Below the pieces are notes generated by a model that was given only the letters and a program-made list of their open reading frames with translations, did not search any database and was not told the DNA's origin. This document shows positions 25,289 to 37,505 of a stretch of DNA of 64,000 bases, one piece after another. Every line of letters starts with the position of its first letter. Within the stretch, counting starts at the first letter, position 1. Source of the stretch: Malacoraja senta (taxonomy: Eukaryota); contig CM075978.1 of assembly GCA_038087875.1 (NCBI GenBank), positions 136,586,001 to 136,650,000 of the forward strand. Reading direction: 5' to 3'. Both the position numbers and the translations under genes were made by a program.

Positions 25289-26011
25289 TTATGGAGCGAA
25301 GGAAATAGGCAACGTTTCGGGCCGAAACCCTTCTTCAGACTGATAGGGGGTGGGGAGAAGCAAGGAAAAAAGGGAAAAAGGCGGAGGAGGAGCCCGAGGG
25401 CTGGGGGATGGGAGGAGGCAACCAGAGGGCTGATGAAGGGGAGGGGACAGCAAGGGCGAGCAGAATTGGGAGAATTCAATGTTCATGCCCCCAGGATGTA
25501 GACTGCCCAAGCGGAATATGAGGTGCATTTCCTCCAATTTCCGGTGTTGCTCGGTGTGGCCATGGAGGAGACCCAGGACAGAGAGGTCAGATATGGAATG
25601 GGAGGGGGAGTTGAAGTGCTGAGCCACCGGGAGGTCAGGTTGGTTTTTGGGGACCGACCGGAGGTGTTCGGCGAAACGATCGCCAAGCCTCCCGATGTAG
25701 ATCAGCTGACATCTAGAGCAGCGGATGCAATAGATGAGGTTGGAGGAGATGCAGGTGAACCTCTGTCGCACCTGGAACGACTGCTTAGGTCCTTGAATGG
25801 AGTCGAGGGGGGAGGTGAAGGGACAAGTGTTGCATCTCTTGCGGTTGCAAGGGTAAGTACCCGGGGAGGGGGTGGTACGGGAGGGAAGGTAAGAATTGAC
25901 AAGGGAGTTACGGAGGGAGCGGTCTTTGCGGAAGACAGACATGGGGAGAGATGGGAAGATGTGGCGAGTGGTGGGGTCACGTTGGAGGTGGCGAAACTGA
26001 CGGAGGATCAC
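25289..26011 (-). pseudogene. PLE GIY-YIG endonuclease domain with Cys-rich linker (partial)
   Basis: PCNRKRCNTC...FTCISSNLIYCIRCSRCQLIYIG...RFAEH...VAQHFN...RKLEE...GMNIEF; no RT domain present. Confidence 0.88.
25305..25345 (-). ncRNA. Putative minimal type I hammerhead ribozyme motif
   Basis: CUGAAGA-A-GGGU(UUCG)GCCC-GAAAC-GUU, core at 25311-25338; helix I is weak. Confidence 0.6.
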
Positions 26012-28244
26012 TTGTTGTATGTGACGGCTGGTGGGGTGAAAGGTGAGGACTAGGGGGACTCTGCCCTTGTTGTGAGTGGGGGGAGAGCAGTGTTGCGGGG
26101 TATGTCAGAGACCCTGGTGCGAGCCTCATCTATGGTGGAGGAGGGGAACCCCCGCTCCCTGAAGAACGAGAACATTTCGTATGACAAATCCACACCCGAC
26201 TCCTGAAGAGTGTTTCTGATCTGTCGGACAGGTGTTTGATGATTTTTCTTTTTTATAGAGAGAATTCTTCTGTCATCAGCTGTGGAGGTTTTCCTTGGCC
26301 TGCCAGTCCCTTTGCGATTAGTAAGCTCACCAGTCTTTCTTCTCATTGATGTTCCAAACAGTTGATTTTGGTAAGCCTACTGTTTGGTTGATGTCTCTAA
26401 CAGTTTTATTCTTGTTTCTCTATCTCATAATGGCTTCTTTGACTTTCATTGGCACAACTTTCATCCTCTTGTTGATAAACAGCAATAAAAGCTTCCAAAT
26501 GTGATGGAAAGACTGGAGGAAAGACTAGGTGCTGAGAGCTCTCCAATACCTGCATTAAGTAGGCAATTAAACGCACCTGAGCAATTACAAACTGTGAAGC
26601 CATGTGTCCCAAACATTATGGTGCCCTGAAATAGGGGAACTTTGTATAAACACAGCTGTAATTTCTACATGGTGAAACCAAAATGTATAAAAATGGCCTT
26701 TAATTAAATCTGACAATGTGCACTTTGACCACATGTGATTTTCTCTATTACAAATCTAAAATTGTGTAGTACAGAGGCAAATAAATAAATGATGGGTCTT
26801 TGTCCCAAACATTATGGAGGGCACTGTACATTGGAAAACAGCCATTTGTGCGGTGAAGCTCATTTAAATGCAGGGCCGTAACAACAACAAAAAATCATTT
26901 TGCTGCATACCAAATTGTGCCCAGGCCCCTCAAAGTTTTTGATCCACTGCTCAGCTGTCTCTGCATATTTCAATGAAGGCCATTTTAGCTCTGCCACAGT
27001 CAAATAAATTAATGGAACATACCAGAACTTCTTTACCTTCCCCCCACTGAAATGGCAACCACTGCTTGCATCCGAGAATTTATAAGCACCCAGTGTCAAA
27101 CGTCAAAGTGGGCACATGTGACCCTAGCACCGAGTAGGTACTGCAGATCTTACTGTTTCGGAAGCACCATGTTACACAGCAACTTGATTAATAAGCAGAG
27201 CATTGGCCAATAATTTAGGTAATCCCTTCCTGTTCTACATACGTTAAGATATTTATTTTTAAAAAGTGTTTCAAACTGTACATTACAAGATAGATGCTGT
27301 CCATGAGAAATTCTGTTCTGAAAGGCTTGAGGATTATATGCCTTTTGAAAAATGGGAAATGGATTTCTATTATATAGCTGTTTCTATTGTGACAGTATGA
27401 ATTCAAAAGTGGGTTTGATCAGGGAAATCTTTATCTGCTAAAGAAAAAATGCTAATTCTATAATGACTGAAACAAAAGAAAACAAGAATGCATGCCTGAG
27501 AGATATCCAAAGAAAATGCATCACTTAGACAAATGAACCATCAGCATTATCGATCCATCTGCATAGCCCTCGTCTACATGATAAAAATTACAAACTGAAA
27601 AACTACATGTGAACAAATAGATCAAGTGCGCTGGCAAGAAAATGCAAAGAATATTAGCCAAGAATAATGACTCGTACATAATAATATAGTTAATATAAAT
27701 TGTTTAGAGCCCTTTGGTGCTGACAAATATAGCTGTGCTGAATTTCTGAACCATTGAAGCCGCTGAGGAACAATTTTGTAGATTTCATCAACAGCTCTAA
27801 TTATGTTCCTGTCAAGTCTAGAACAAAGTAATCCATAACTGGGGAGCCCATTCAGAGACAGTAACGCACAGAGGTAATTTATGCCCAAGACACAAGGCAC
27901 TTTTGTATTTAGTGTACACAACACTTTGCTAACAAGAGGATGTACAGAATTTATGAGGAGAACCACAAACAGCCAGCTCTTGATGATTTTAACAAATTAA
28001 AGACAGTGGGAAAGCTCTAGAGTGAAAAACAACTGTTCAACAACTGCTTTAGTCAGCCCTTGAACCACAACAACTGCAATAAATGTGGCTGGTAGCTAGG
28101 GCATTAATCTGAATTAATTTAACCCTATCATGTACTGAATTTCCTTTCCATAGTTCTCACTCAAAATAATAAGAAAATTGAATTAGCGGGAGAGGATAAG
28201 GTCTTTACAAGTATACAGTAAAGCACACACTCTTGCCATCAGCG

Positions 28245-28560
28245 TATGCGTTATTTACACAGCATCTTCAACACAGTTAAATGTCCCAAAGTGCTCTATA
28301 GGAAAATTATGACAAAATTGAACATCAAGCCATAAAATTGATGTTAGGACCGATGAACAAAAGCTTGGTTAATAAGGTTGTACTTTTAAAAGGCAGAAAC
28401 ACCGATTCTCTGGGAGGGAATTCCTAAATTAGGGTCTTGAAGCAAATAGCTCTGCTGTCCACAGTGGAGCAATTAAACACAAATACATAAGAAAGCAAAA
28501 TTTAAGGAGAAGAGATTTGTCGGACTGGAAGATGCCACAGAGATGGATGCCAGTAACATC
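28245..28560 (-). mobile_element. Ancient L2-like LINE 3' end
   Basis: atgtcccaaagtgct...caaaagcttggt...gggagggaattcc...gtggagcaattaaa resembles elasmobranch L2 tails as I recall them. Confidence 0.5.
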
Positions 28561-28773
28561 TAAAATGTTTATGATTATTACACTGGATCGATGCTATAAT
28601 GACAATATACTTAAGATGATAGTATAGGACAGGTAAGTTAAAAAAGTATTGTAATATTTATTCTCAATTAGGATTCTCTAGCCAGGTGAGGAAATCTGGT
28701 GAGATTCATCAGTCTAAAGCTGTTCACTTACTTTGCCTGTGAATAAAAGTTTCTGTAATATAGTCCCTACAAT

Positions 28774-29070
28774 GGGGGTGGCACAGTGCCGCAGCGGTAG
28801 AGTTTCTGCTTTACAGTGCCAAAGTCCTGATCCTGACTATGGGTGCTGTCTGTACGGAGTTTGTACGTTCTCTCTGTGACTGCCTGGGATTTCCCGGATG
28901 CCCCGGTTTCCTCCCACACTCCAAAGAAGTACATGCTTGTAGGTTAATTGGCTTCGATAAAATTTGTAAATTGTCCCTAGTGCATAGGATAGTGCTAGTG
29001 TGGGTGATCACTGGTCGGCGCGGACTCGGTGGGCTGAAGGACCTGTTACTGCGCTGTATTTCTGGTCTAA
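28774..29070 (+). mobile_element. HE1/V-SINE-like SINE
   Basis: tRNA-like head gtggcacagtgccgcagcggtagag, V-domain ccggtttcctcccacactccaaag, and CR1-like tail. Confidence 0.85.
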
Positions 29071-29719
29071 TATTTGAGATGACCAATAATGAGGGGACTG
29101 TGTTCAACGAAGAATGTAAAACACAGAATTCTGTGCAGTGGGGTGATAACCAAACAATGCAAGCAATATTGCAGAAACAAGTCTAATTTGTTTTCAGGTG
29201 AGAAGTTGAGATGCAATGTATTCTGCGATAACTACGCAGCTGTTAGCATTGGGGAGCTTTATGGTACATAAATCTTCATAACCAGAAATAATCATTCAGT
29301 TCATAGTCAGTTTATTGATTCAGCTCATGTAGCAATTCATTCTTGTCCTCCAATTAGTTCATGTGGAAGACTATACTCTGTTACACCACTATCTTGTCTA
29401 GAAATTGGCAATTTATCTGCAACAAAAATCTATCCAGTACCTTTCTGAAAACTTCCATAAATCAATCTGAAATGAGACATTTCCTTTCACTCCCCTCTAA
29501 TAAGTAATTTTGAAACCATATTTACTTAAATCTCAATCTTGATTTATTTTAAAACCATATTTACCAGCTGTAGCCTTTATCACTAATATAAAACGAGAGT
29601 TGCATTTACACCAGTCTTTGCTGTCAAATGCTTTGTTTCAAAATGAAATTTAGAAATTTGCACATGAACTCTTCCTGAGGTATTGAGTTGAATATTTTCA
29701 GTTCAAGAACTAAGCATCA

Positions 29720-30425
29720 GAGAGTCATGGAGGTACACAGAATGGAAATAGCCCCCACAGCTTAGCTCATCCATGTCGACCAACGTAACTCCCTGAGTGA
29801 GTCCCATCTACTTGCATTTGGCCCATATCGCTCAAAATCTGAAGAAAGGTCCCGATCCAAAATGTCACCCTACAGGGGTTCCTCTAACTCTCTCTCTCTC
29901 TAACTAACTCTCCCTCTAACTCTAACTCTCCCTCTAACTCTACCTCTAACTCTAACTCTCTCTCTCTAACTCTCTCTCTCTAACTCTCTCTCTCTAACTC
30001 TCTCTCTAACTCTCCCCACAGATGCTGCCTGACCTATTGAGTTACTCCAGCACTTTATGCCTTCTATCCATATGCCTTAAAATGTTTTTTAAACGTTGTG
30101 ATCGCAACTGCTTCTCTAGCACTTCTTCTGACGAGCTTGTTCCATATACAAACTACTCTCTGCATCAAAAACTAGCCTGTAAGATTTCCTTTAAATATTT
30201 TCCCTATCACATTAAACATATGTTCTCTAGTTTTAGACTTTCTTGCCCGAGAAAGAGGACTGTGACAATCCATCTTATGATTTTATTTTATACAGCTCTA
30301 TAAGGTCACCCCTCAGCCCCATGGTCTCCAGAAAAAACAGTCCAGGCCTATCTTGTCTCTCCTTATAACTCAAGCACTCACATTTTGGCAACATCTTTGT
30401 GAATCTTTTCTGCACCCTCTCTAAC
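29720..30425 (-). mobile_element. Degenerate CR1 3' end containing a plus-strand PLE hammerhead unit (about 29838-30062)
   Basis: CR1 motifs gcatttggcccatatc and tgtgaatcttttctgcaccctct; insert begins ctgaagaaaggtcccgatcc and ends gagttactccagcac. Confidence 0.7.
29881..30014. repeat. (CTCTAA)/(CT)n compound microsatellite
   Basis: Repeated ctctaa units separated by variable CT runs. Confidence 0.95.
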
Positions 30426-30716
30426 AGCAAAACCTATCCTCATTGTTGAGCCATTTACAGCGTGCTTCTAATTTGATAAGACCTCAAACTTCCCACAAGA
30501 ACAGAACGAAATATTTTTCAAAATACCTTTTGCAAGGCAAATTGAAAAAAACATTGATGATCTCAAAGGATTGTTATGGCTTTTATGTAAACACTTCTTC
30601 TATTAAAAAATGTTATTGGACACCAACAAGTTCATAACTTCCCAAGTTATGCCTTAAAGAACAAGGGACAGCACAGGATCAGGCCCTTCAGCCAACATAG
30701 TTTGTGCCGAACATGA

Positions 30717-31083
30717 TAAACATAGAAACATAGAAAATAGGTGCAGGAGTAGGCCATTCGGCCCTTCGAGCCTGCACCGCCATTCAATATGATCATGGCT
30801 GATCATCCAACTCAGTATCCTGTACCTGCCTTCTCTCCATACCCCCTGCTCCCCTTAGCCACAAGGGCCACATCTAACTCCCTCTTAAATATAGCCAATG
30901 AACTGGCCTCAACTACCTTCTGTGGCAGAGAATTCCAGAGATTCACCACTCTCTGTGTGAATTTTTTTTTCTCATCTCGGTCCTAAAAGACTTCCCCCTT
31001 ATCCTTAAACTGTGACCCCTTGTTCTGGACTTCCCCAACATCGGGAACAATCTTCCTGCATCTAGCCTGTCCAACCCCTTAAG
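30717..31083 (-). mobile_element. Young CR1 3' end
   Basis: (agaaacat)n tail; same family as 14885-15375. Confidence 0.88.
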
Positions 31084-31186
31084 ATGTCAGTTAAACTAAT
31101 CTCCTCTGCCTGTGCATAATCCATATCCCTCCATTTCCTACACATACATGTGCCTATTTAAAAGCCTCTTGAATGTCACAATCATA

Positions 31187-32201
31187 CAGTGCCCTCCATA
31201 ATGTTTGGGACACAGACCCATCATTTATTTATTTGCCTCTGTACTTCACAATTTGAGATTTGTAATAGAGGCTACACTGCAAGATGCAAACCACTGGTTA
31301 ACGGCAAAAATAGGATGGCCAGGTTAGTTTGCCAAGAAGTACTTAAAAGAGCAATCACAGTTCTGAAAATAGGTCTTGTGGAAAATGAGACGAAGATTAA
31401 CATATCAGAGTGATGGCAAGAGCAAAGTATGGAGGAGAGAAGGAACTGCCCAAGATCCAAAGCATACAACATCTGTGAAACATGGTGGTGGGGGAGTTAT
31501 GGCTGGGCATGTATGGTTGCTGAAGGTACTGGCTCACTTTTCGTCATTGATGATACAACTGCTGAAGGTAGTAACATAATTAATTCTGAAGTGTATAGAC
31601 ACATCCTATCTGCTCAAGTTCAAACAAATGCCTCAAAACTCATTGGCTGGCAGTTCTTTCTACAGCAAGACAATGATCCTAAACATACTGCTAAAGCAAC
31701 AAAGGAGTTTTTCAGCTAAAAAAAAGGTCAATTCTTGAGTGGCCAAGTTAATCACCTGATCTGAACTCAATTGAGCATGTCTTTTATATGCTGAAGAGAA
31801 AACTGAAGGGGACTAGGCCCCAAAACGAACATAAGCTAAAGATGGCTGCAATACAGGCTTGGCAGAGCATCATCAGAGAAGACACCCAGCAACTGGTGAT
31901 GTCCATGAATCACAGACTTCATGCAGTCATTGCATGCAAAGGATATGCAACAAAATACTAAACATGACTACTTTCATTAACATGACATTGCTGTGTCCCA
32001 AACATTATGGTGCCCTGAAATGGGGCGAGTGCATAAACACAGCTGTAATTTCTACATGACAAAACCAAAATATATAAAAATGGTCTTTATTAAAATCTGA
32101 CAATGTGCACTTTAACCACAATTTTTCTATTACAAATCTCAAATTGTGGAATACAGAGGCAAATAAATGTGTCTTTGTCCCAAACATTATGGAGGGCACT
32201 G
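31187..32201 (+). mobile_element. Internally deleted Tc1 element, same family as 24262-26826
   Basis: TA TSD at 31185-86 and 32202-03; left TIR cut at about 31270 and joined to GYTARCKPLV; QQDNDPKHTAKATKEFF...SPDLNSIE is consistent with DD34E after frameshift correction. Confidence 0.92.
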
Positions 32202-32294
32202 TATCTGAGTCCTCACCATCACAGGCAGTACGTTCCAGCCATTCACCACCAAATTATGTAGAAAAATTTGCCCTGCACATATCCTTTAAACTTT

Positions 32295-32486
32295 AGATAC
32301 ACGGAACTGCAGATGCTGGTTTACAAAAAAAGACTCAAAGTACTGGAATGACTCAACGAGTCAGGCAGCATCTCTGGGGAACATGGATAGGTGACGTTTC
32401 GGCCTGAAGAAGGGTTCCAACCCAAAATGTCATCTGTCCATGTTATCCAGAGATGCTGAGTTACTCAAATAGTTTGTGTATTTTTG
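32295..32486. mobile_element. Fold-back PLE terminal unit with 12-bp TSD
   Basis: cctttaaacttt at 32283-32294 and 32487-32498; inversion junction gacgtttcggc|ctgaagaaggg. Confidence 0.82.
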
Positions 32487-33324
32487 CCTTTAAACTTTGT
32501 CCCTCTCACCTTAAAGTTATGCGCACAAGTCTTTGTCATTTCCACCCTAGGTAAAAGGTTCTGACTGTCTATCCCGTCTATGCCTCTCAAAATTTTATGT
32601 ACTTCAATCAGGTCTCCCGTCATACTCCGATGCTCCAGAGAAAACAATCTAAGTTTGTCCAACCTGTCCTTATACCTAATATCCTCGCATCCAGGCAGTA
32701 TTCTAGTAAACCTCCATAGCCTCCACATCCTTCCTGTAACAGGGCGACCAGAACTACACAATACTCCAAATGTGTCCTTAACAAAATCTTATAAAGCTGC
32801 ATTGTGACTTCCTGACTTTTATACTCAATGTCCTGATTTTTGTGAAAAGAATGAATGATTAATTAATTAATTGACAGATAATATTAAGGAAAATTATGAG
32901 ATTTTACGTACAATAAAGGAAAGAGGGTGACTAGAGAAACAAACTAAAGTGGTCACCGCTGTATGGAGCTGCAGGAGATGGACAAGGTCCTCATTATATT
33001 TCTCCTCCTACCGTAGAGAAGGACATGAAGAACGGGACAGTTAATGGAGATGTCTTAAGGATTTTATTAAAATCCAGATTATGGCTGAGAAGGTGCTGCA
33101 CATCTGTAGGCAAATAAAGGTGGATAAATTTCCTGGGCCTGATCAGATATATCTGAGCATATTGTGGGAGGCTAGAGAAGAAATACTCCATCTGTGACTC
33201 TAATAGGGAAATAACTCCAGCACACATTATTCAGAGTTCCAAATACTGAATTACAATCTTTAATTGGCTGATGTCAATTATAGTTAACTGGTGTTATAGA
33301 AAAAGGCTTCAATTGTTATTTAGT

Positions 33325-33552
33325 GTCACACAAAGGGTGGTGAATGTACAGAATAAACTGCGAGGGGCTAGTTGAGGCAGGGACTATCCCAACATTTAAG
33401 AAACAGTTAGACAGGTACATGGATAGAACAGGTTTGGAGGGATATGGACCAAACGCAGGCAGGTGGGATGAGTGTAGCTGGGACATGTCAGCCAGTGTGG
33501 GCAAGTTGGGCCGAGGGGCCCGTTTCCACACTTTATCACTCTATGACTCTAT
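33325..33552 (+). mobile_element. CR1 3' end
   Basis: VEAGTIPTFKKQLDRYMDRTGLEGYGPNAGRWD; ctctatgactcta tail. Confidence 0.85.
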
Positions 33553-34647
33553 AACCAGTTTTGGAGTTAAGAAAGACAAGTTTAAATTGGGAAATAATAA
33601 TGATGTATCAAGATTAATTTTGCTAGACAATGACTGTGCTGTAAATGATGATAAGATGCATGTAGAATAAATAATTAGGTCACACTAACCATGATTGTAA
33701 AAAACTGAGAATTGTAGATGCCAAGCAAGAATTAGGAGCTACTAATTTATAGCATGCAAAATAATAACTAAGAATAGGTCATTTTGTTGTTTATTAAGAA
33801 TTAATTTCAATGAAATGAGAATCTATATTACAGATTATGTAGGATGGCAGATCTAGAACTTAGATTGAGCAAGAGAGAAAAACACAAACCAACTGGCGAC
33901 AGCATAAATTAATGTCGGAATCACGGGATATATGTGAATGAAAGTAAAATCAGAGGACAAGCAGTGGAGATGAAATGACTTGTCAGGATGCTCGATAATT
34001 TTCCTTCTGATAATCACCCTTTAGGAAGTAAGTGGTGCTAACACTAAACGTTTTGGAGAAATTCCAACTAATTCAAGGGCATACTAAAATGCAGTCATGG
34101 TGAACTGGTGATGTCGGTGGAAGATTACAAGTCCTGCAGGTGCAGGTTTCTAATATATTGAACGACAGCAAAGAGCACATTGCTAGTTCATCTGTGCTTC
34201 TTTTCTTGGTCAATCGAAGTTCCAGATCCACCATTCTATATGCGCTGTTACGCAGACAATTCTTAACACTAGGACGGAATCTTACTTATTCCATGCTGGA
34301 ACTTTGTAGCTTGTAACACCTCACTTGGTTCCTACAATTCTAGAGCAAACGTTAAAAACAAAAACCTACTTACTATGTTCCAAGAACAACTCCCTTTGGC
34401 TGAACAGTGTTGTACTGTCAATAGCTCTAAAATGACTCTGAGCCAATTTTATCCCAAGCTCTCAAGAAAATAACTTCCTCAGTGATTAATCAAATTACCT
34501 AAAATCTGAGATAAAATTGTACATTAAAATAACTGTTCAGTTCAAAATTGAATATCAAATGAAGAAAATCTGCCTGCCAGTTTTATAACCTCTATCAAAT
34601 ATATTTATTGACTAAATAGTTTGGCCATTGCAGTTCAAAGGTGACAC

Positions 34648-34966
34648 GTTTAGTTTAGTTTATTTAGTTTAGGCACGGAAACAGGCCTTTCGGCCCACCG
34701 AGTCCGTGCCGACCAGCAAACCCCGCTCATCGTACTACTAGGGACAATTTACACTTATACCAAGTATACAAACCCAAGCCAATTAATCTGCAAACCTGCA
34801 TGTCTTTGGAGTGTGGGAGGAAATCGCTCGGAGAAAAACCCACTCGGTCACGGGGAGAATGTACAAACTCCGTACAGACAGCACCCGTAGTGGGGATCGA
34901 ACCTGTATCTCTGGCGCTGCAAGCGTTGTAAGGCAGCAACTCTACCGCTGCACCACGGTGCCGTCC
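34648..34966 (-). mobile_element. HE1/V-SINE-like SINE
   Basis: (tttag)n tail; reverse B-box ggatcgaacc at 34894-34903; tRNA-like head. Confidence 0.88.
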
Positions 34967-36289
34967 AGCGGTGTTCAAAGAGTTGAGGTGAGTCAGTGTA
35001 TATAGTCAGATGACTATTGTTAACTCCATTGTAGGTTTGACTTCAAAGCATACTAGTCAAATTAATAGCTAGCCTTGAGATTGAGATTGTGTTCTGTTGT
35101 GGTTTGCTTTCCTGGCGATCCACAACAGCAGCCAAGTGAGAGGTAGGTGTAAATAAACTGGAAGCGATTCAAGAAACAATATTGAAGCTTACTAACTGCT
35201 AGGGAGACGAGTCTCTAATAAAACTGACTCGCAAACCAGGCGGCTGATTTGTCTACAAACACATATTCTTGTATCCTTGTATTGCTGGTTGAAGTATAGT
35301 TTGCCAATGAGGAAAGGAGGTCATTTTAAATAACTTACTATATACTCTTAATACAAAACAAATGTTGCTGAGATGAACTGCAGATAAATTATTGGCTAGT
35401 GGCTTTCTGAAAAACCAAATTTCAAATAAATCTGCCAAATAAAATCAACATTCTGCTGACTATTATCTTTCTTTGGCTTTGGCTACTGAAGTTTGTCCAA
35501 TTGTATAAGTGACCGATATAGTGCATATTTATGAATTATATTGATCAGTGCATTGTAGACTTTTGCATTTATTGTCAGCAAGATTTTTTTTTTTAAATGA
35601 CCACCTTTGATTGCAATGAATTTTCCTATACTTAACATAAAAACAATTTTACATCTTTTCCAATAAAATGTGCATTTTCCCCACCAGTTTAAAAATCACA
35701 ATAATAGCCTTGATAAATGTTCTGTCTCCTGAAAACAGTGGTGCAAGTATTGAAATTAGTGGCACGTTTGTAAAAGCCATTTGAATCCAAATTGAAAGGA
35801 ACTACCCACCACAGCCAAGCTGTAATCACATGGCAGGAAGCTGGCAGCAACACAATAAGACAAGCAGTAAGGCAACAAAAAAGGAAAGGAATTTTCCTTG
35901 TTTTTAGCTGGGCGAACCTGAATGAATAAAGGTGTCAGCCGTTAGCAATTTCTTATTCTTTCAGTGTAATCATCAATTTGTACGTCGAGTGGTTCAACAG
36001 ATCTACAGCTATCTGTGGCAGCACAGGAACCCTGCATGGTAACATCCCAGCTAATTTAAAGCTCTTGTGTTGCTGAATCAAACTTGACAAGGCACCAGCA
36101 AAACAGAAACTATTATGCCACGTGAGAATTGGCATAGGGTTGGAATACTTTGAGTGGTAGAGAGACAAAGGAGATTGTCAATGGTGAAAGTGATTTTGCA
36201 AATCTAAGAGAAAAGAGTTATAAAATTATTTTTTGAGTTATCTTCTTGCAGTAACTTTAATCTATGAGGCCTAAAACAACTCCAGAGAA

Positions 36290-37105
36290 GCAACATTCTT
36301 CCCAGAGTATGTTTAACCAAAGGATTTGGACTTGCATTCCTTTGATAACTATGCTCAGTACTCAGTTCCTTGCTTTTTACCATATCTGTTAATGATTTGG
36401 ACCTAAATATAGGAGCAATGATAATGAAGATTGCAGAAGATACAGAAATTGTCTCTAAGATTGACAATGATAATGAAAGATGGCAAAAATGTAGAGTCAT
36501 TTGGATAGAAAAATGGCAAATATAATTTAACTCAGAGTAGTGTAAGGTAGTATAAGTGTGGAGATGTGAAAGAATAAATAAGGAGGATATTGAGTGATCT
36601 AGAAAAGTGTTCATCCAAAGATCTTTAAAAATGAAAGTGATAAGGTCAAGAAGGTGATTAGAAAGCAAATGAAATTGTGAGGAATAGAATTTTTGAGCAG
36701 GGTGATCATGCCAGTGTGGCACATAATTCTAGTCAGAGCGCAACTTGAGTAATATGTATGGGTCTGATCCCTACACTACAGGACATATATGATTACATTG
36801 GAGAGAATGCTGATGAGATTTATAAGGATGTTGCCAGCACCGAAAAAAATGAGCTCTGAGGAAAGTTTTGATAAGCTAAGGCTGCTTATATGGAACAGAG
36901 AAGGCTAATTTGGGGTGGTTACAATTAAAGCAGCACTGGATAGAATTAATGAGGAGGAAATATTTATCTTAGCAGGGTGGTCAAAAAGGGGGCATAGATT
37001 ACAATAAAGCGATGAAAGAATGAGAAAGGAGATGAGGGAAAATATTTCCACTCAGGTAGCAATGGAGATTGGAATCTGGAACTCACTGACTGAAATAGAG
37101 ATAGA
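36290..37105 (+). mobile_element. Ancient CR1 ORF2 fragment
   Basis: Degenerate LFTISVNDLD, KIAEDTEI and gcaacttgagtaatatgt motifs. Confidence 0.6.
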
Positions 37106-37121
37106 CAGAAACCTCCAACTA

Positions 37122-37505
37122 CATGCTGGAGTAACTCAGTGGGTGAGACAGCATCTATGGAGAGAAGGAATGGGCGATGTTTCGGGTCGACACCCTTCTT
37201 CAGACTAATATCAGGGGAGGGGGCAGGACAAAGATAGACTGTAGGCGGAGACAGTAAGACTAATGGGAGAACCGTGGAGGGGAAGGAAAGAGAAAGCAAG
37301 GGCTATCTGAAGTTAGAGAAGTCAATGTTCATACCGCTGGGGTGTAAACTACCCAAGCGAAATACGAGGTGCTGTTCCTCCAATTTGTGCTGGGCCTCAC
37401 TCTGACAGTGGAGGAGGCCCAGGACAGAAAGGTCAGATTGGGAATGGGAGGGTTAGTCGAAGTGCTGGGCCACGGGATATGTTAAGACGGACTGAACGGA
37501 GGTGT
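37122..37505 (-). mobile_element. PLE 3' fragment (GIY-YIG C-terminus plus hammerhead unit)
   Basis: Minus-strand SDLSVLGLLHCQSEAQHKLEEQHLVFRLGSLHPSGMNIDFSNFR-stop; hammerhead core at 37176-37203. Confidence 0.85.

Larger units (their letters stand above)
25246..26181 (-). mobile_element. 5'-truncated Penelope-like element with 12-bp TSD
   Basis: tgacaaatccac at 25234-25245 and 26182-26193; GIY-YIG ORF, C-rich 3' region and hammerhead unit. Confidence 0.92.
24262..26826 (-). mobile_element. Tc1 DNA transposon (IR/DR type) with degenerate transposase, interrupted by a PLE
   Basis: TA TSD at 24260-61 and 26827-28; CAGTG...CACTG ends; about 230-bp TIRs with ataatgtttgggaca repeated at outer and inner ends; peptides GRPRKTSTADDRRI, WTDETKINLYQSDG and VKHGGGGVMAWACM. 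Confidence 0.93.
30665..32835 (-). mobile_element. Old CR1 3' portion split by three younger insertions
   Basis: Pieces 30665-30716, 31084-31186, 32202-32294 and 32487-32835 join colinearly; peptides RLFSLEHRSMTGDLIEVHKILRGID and QLYKILLRTHLEYCV. Confidence 0.75.

Noticed and set aside
25523-26053. 176-aa plus-strand ORF
   Set aside because: Antisense shadow of the PLE GIY-YIG ORF
29881-30014. Interstitial telomeric repeat
   Set aside because: The unit is CTCTAA with CT runs, not tandem CCCTAA
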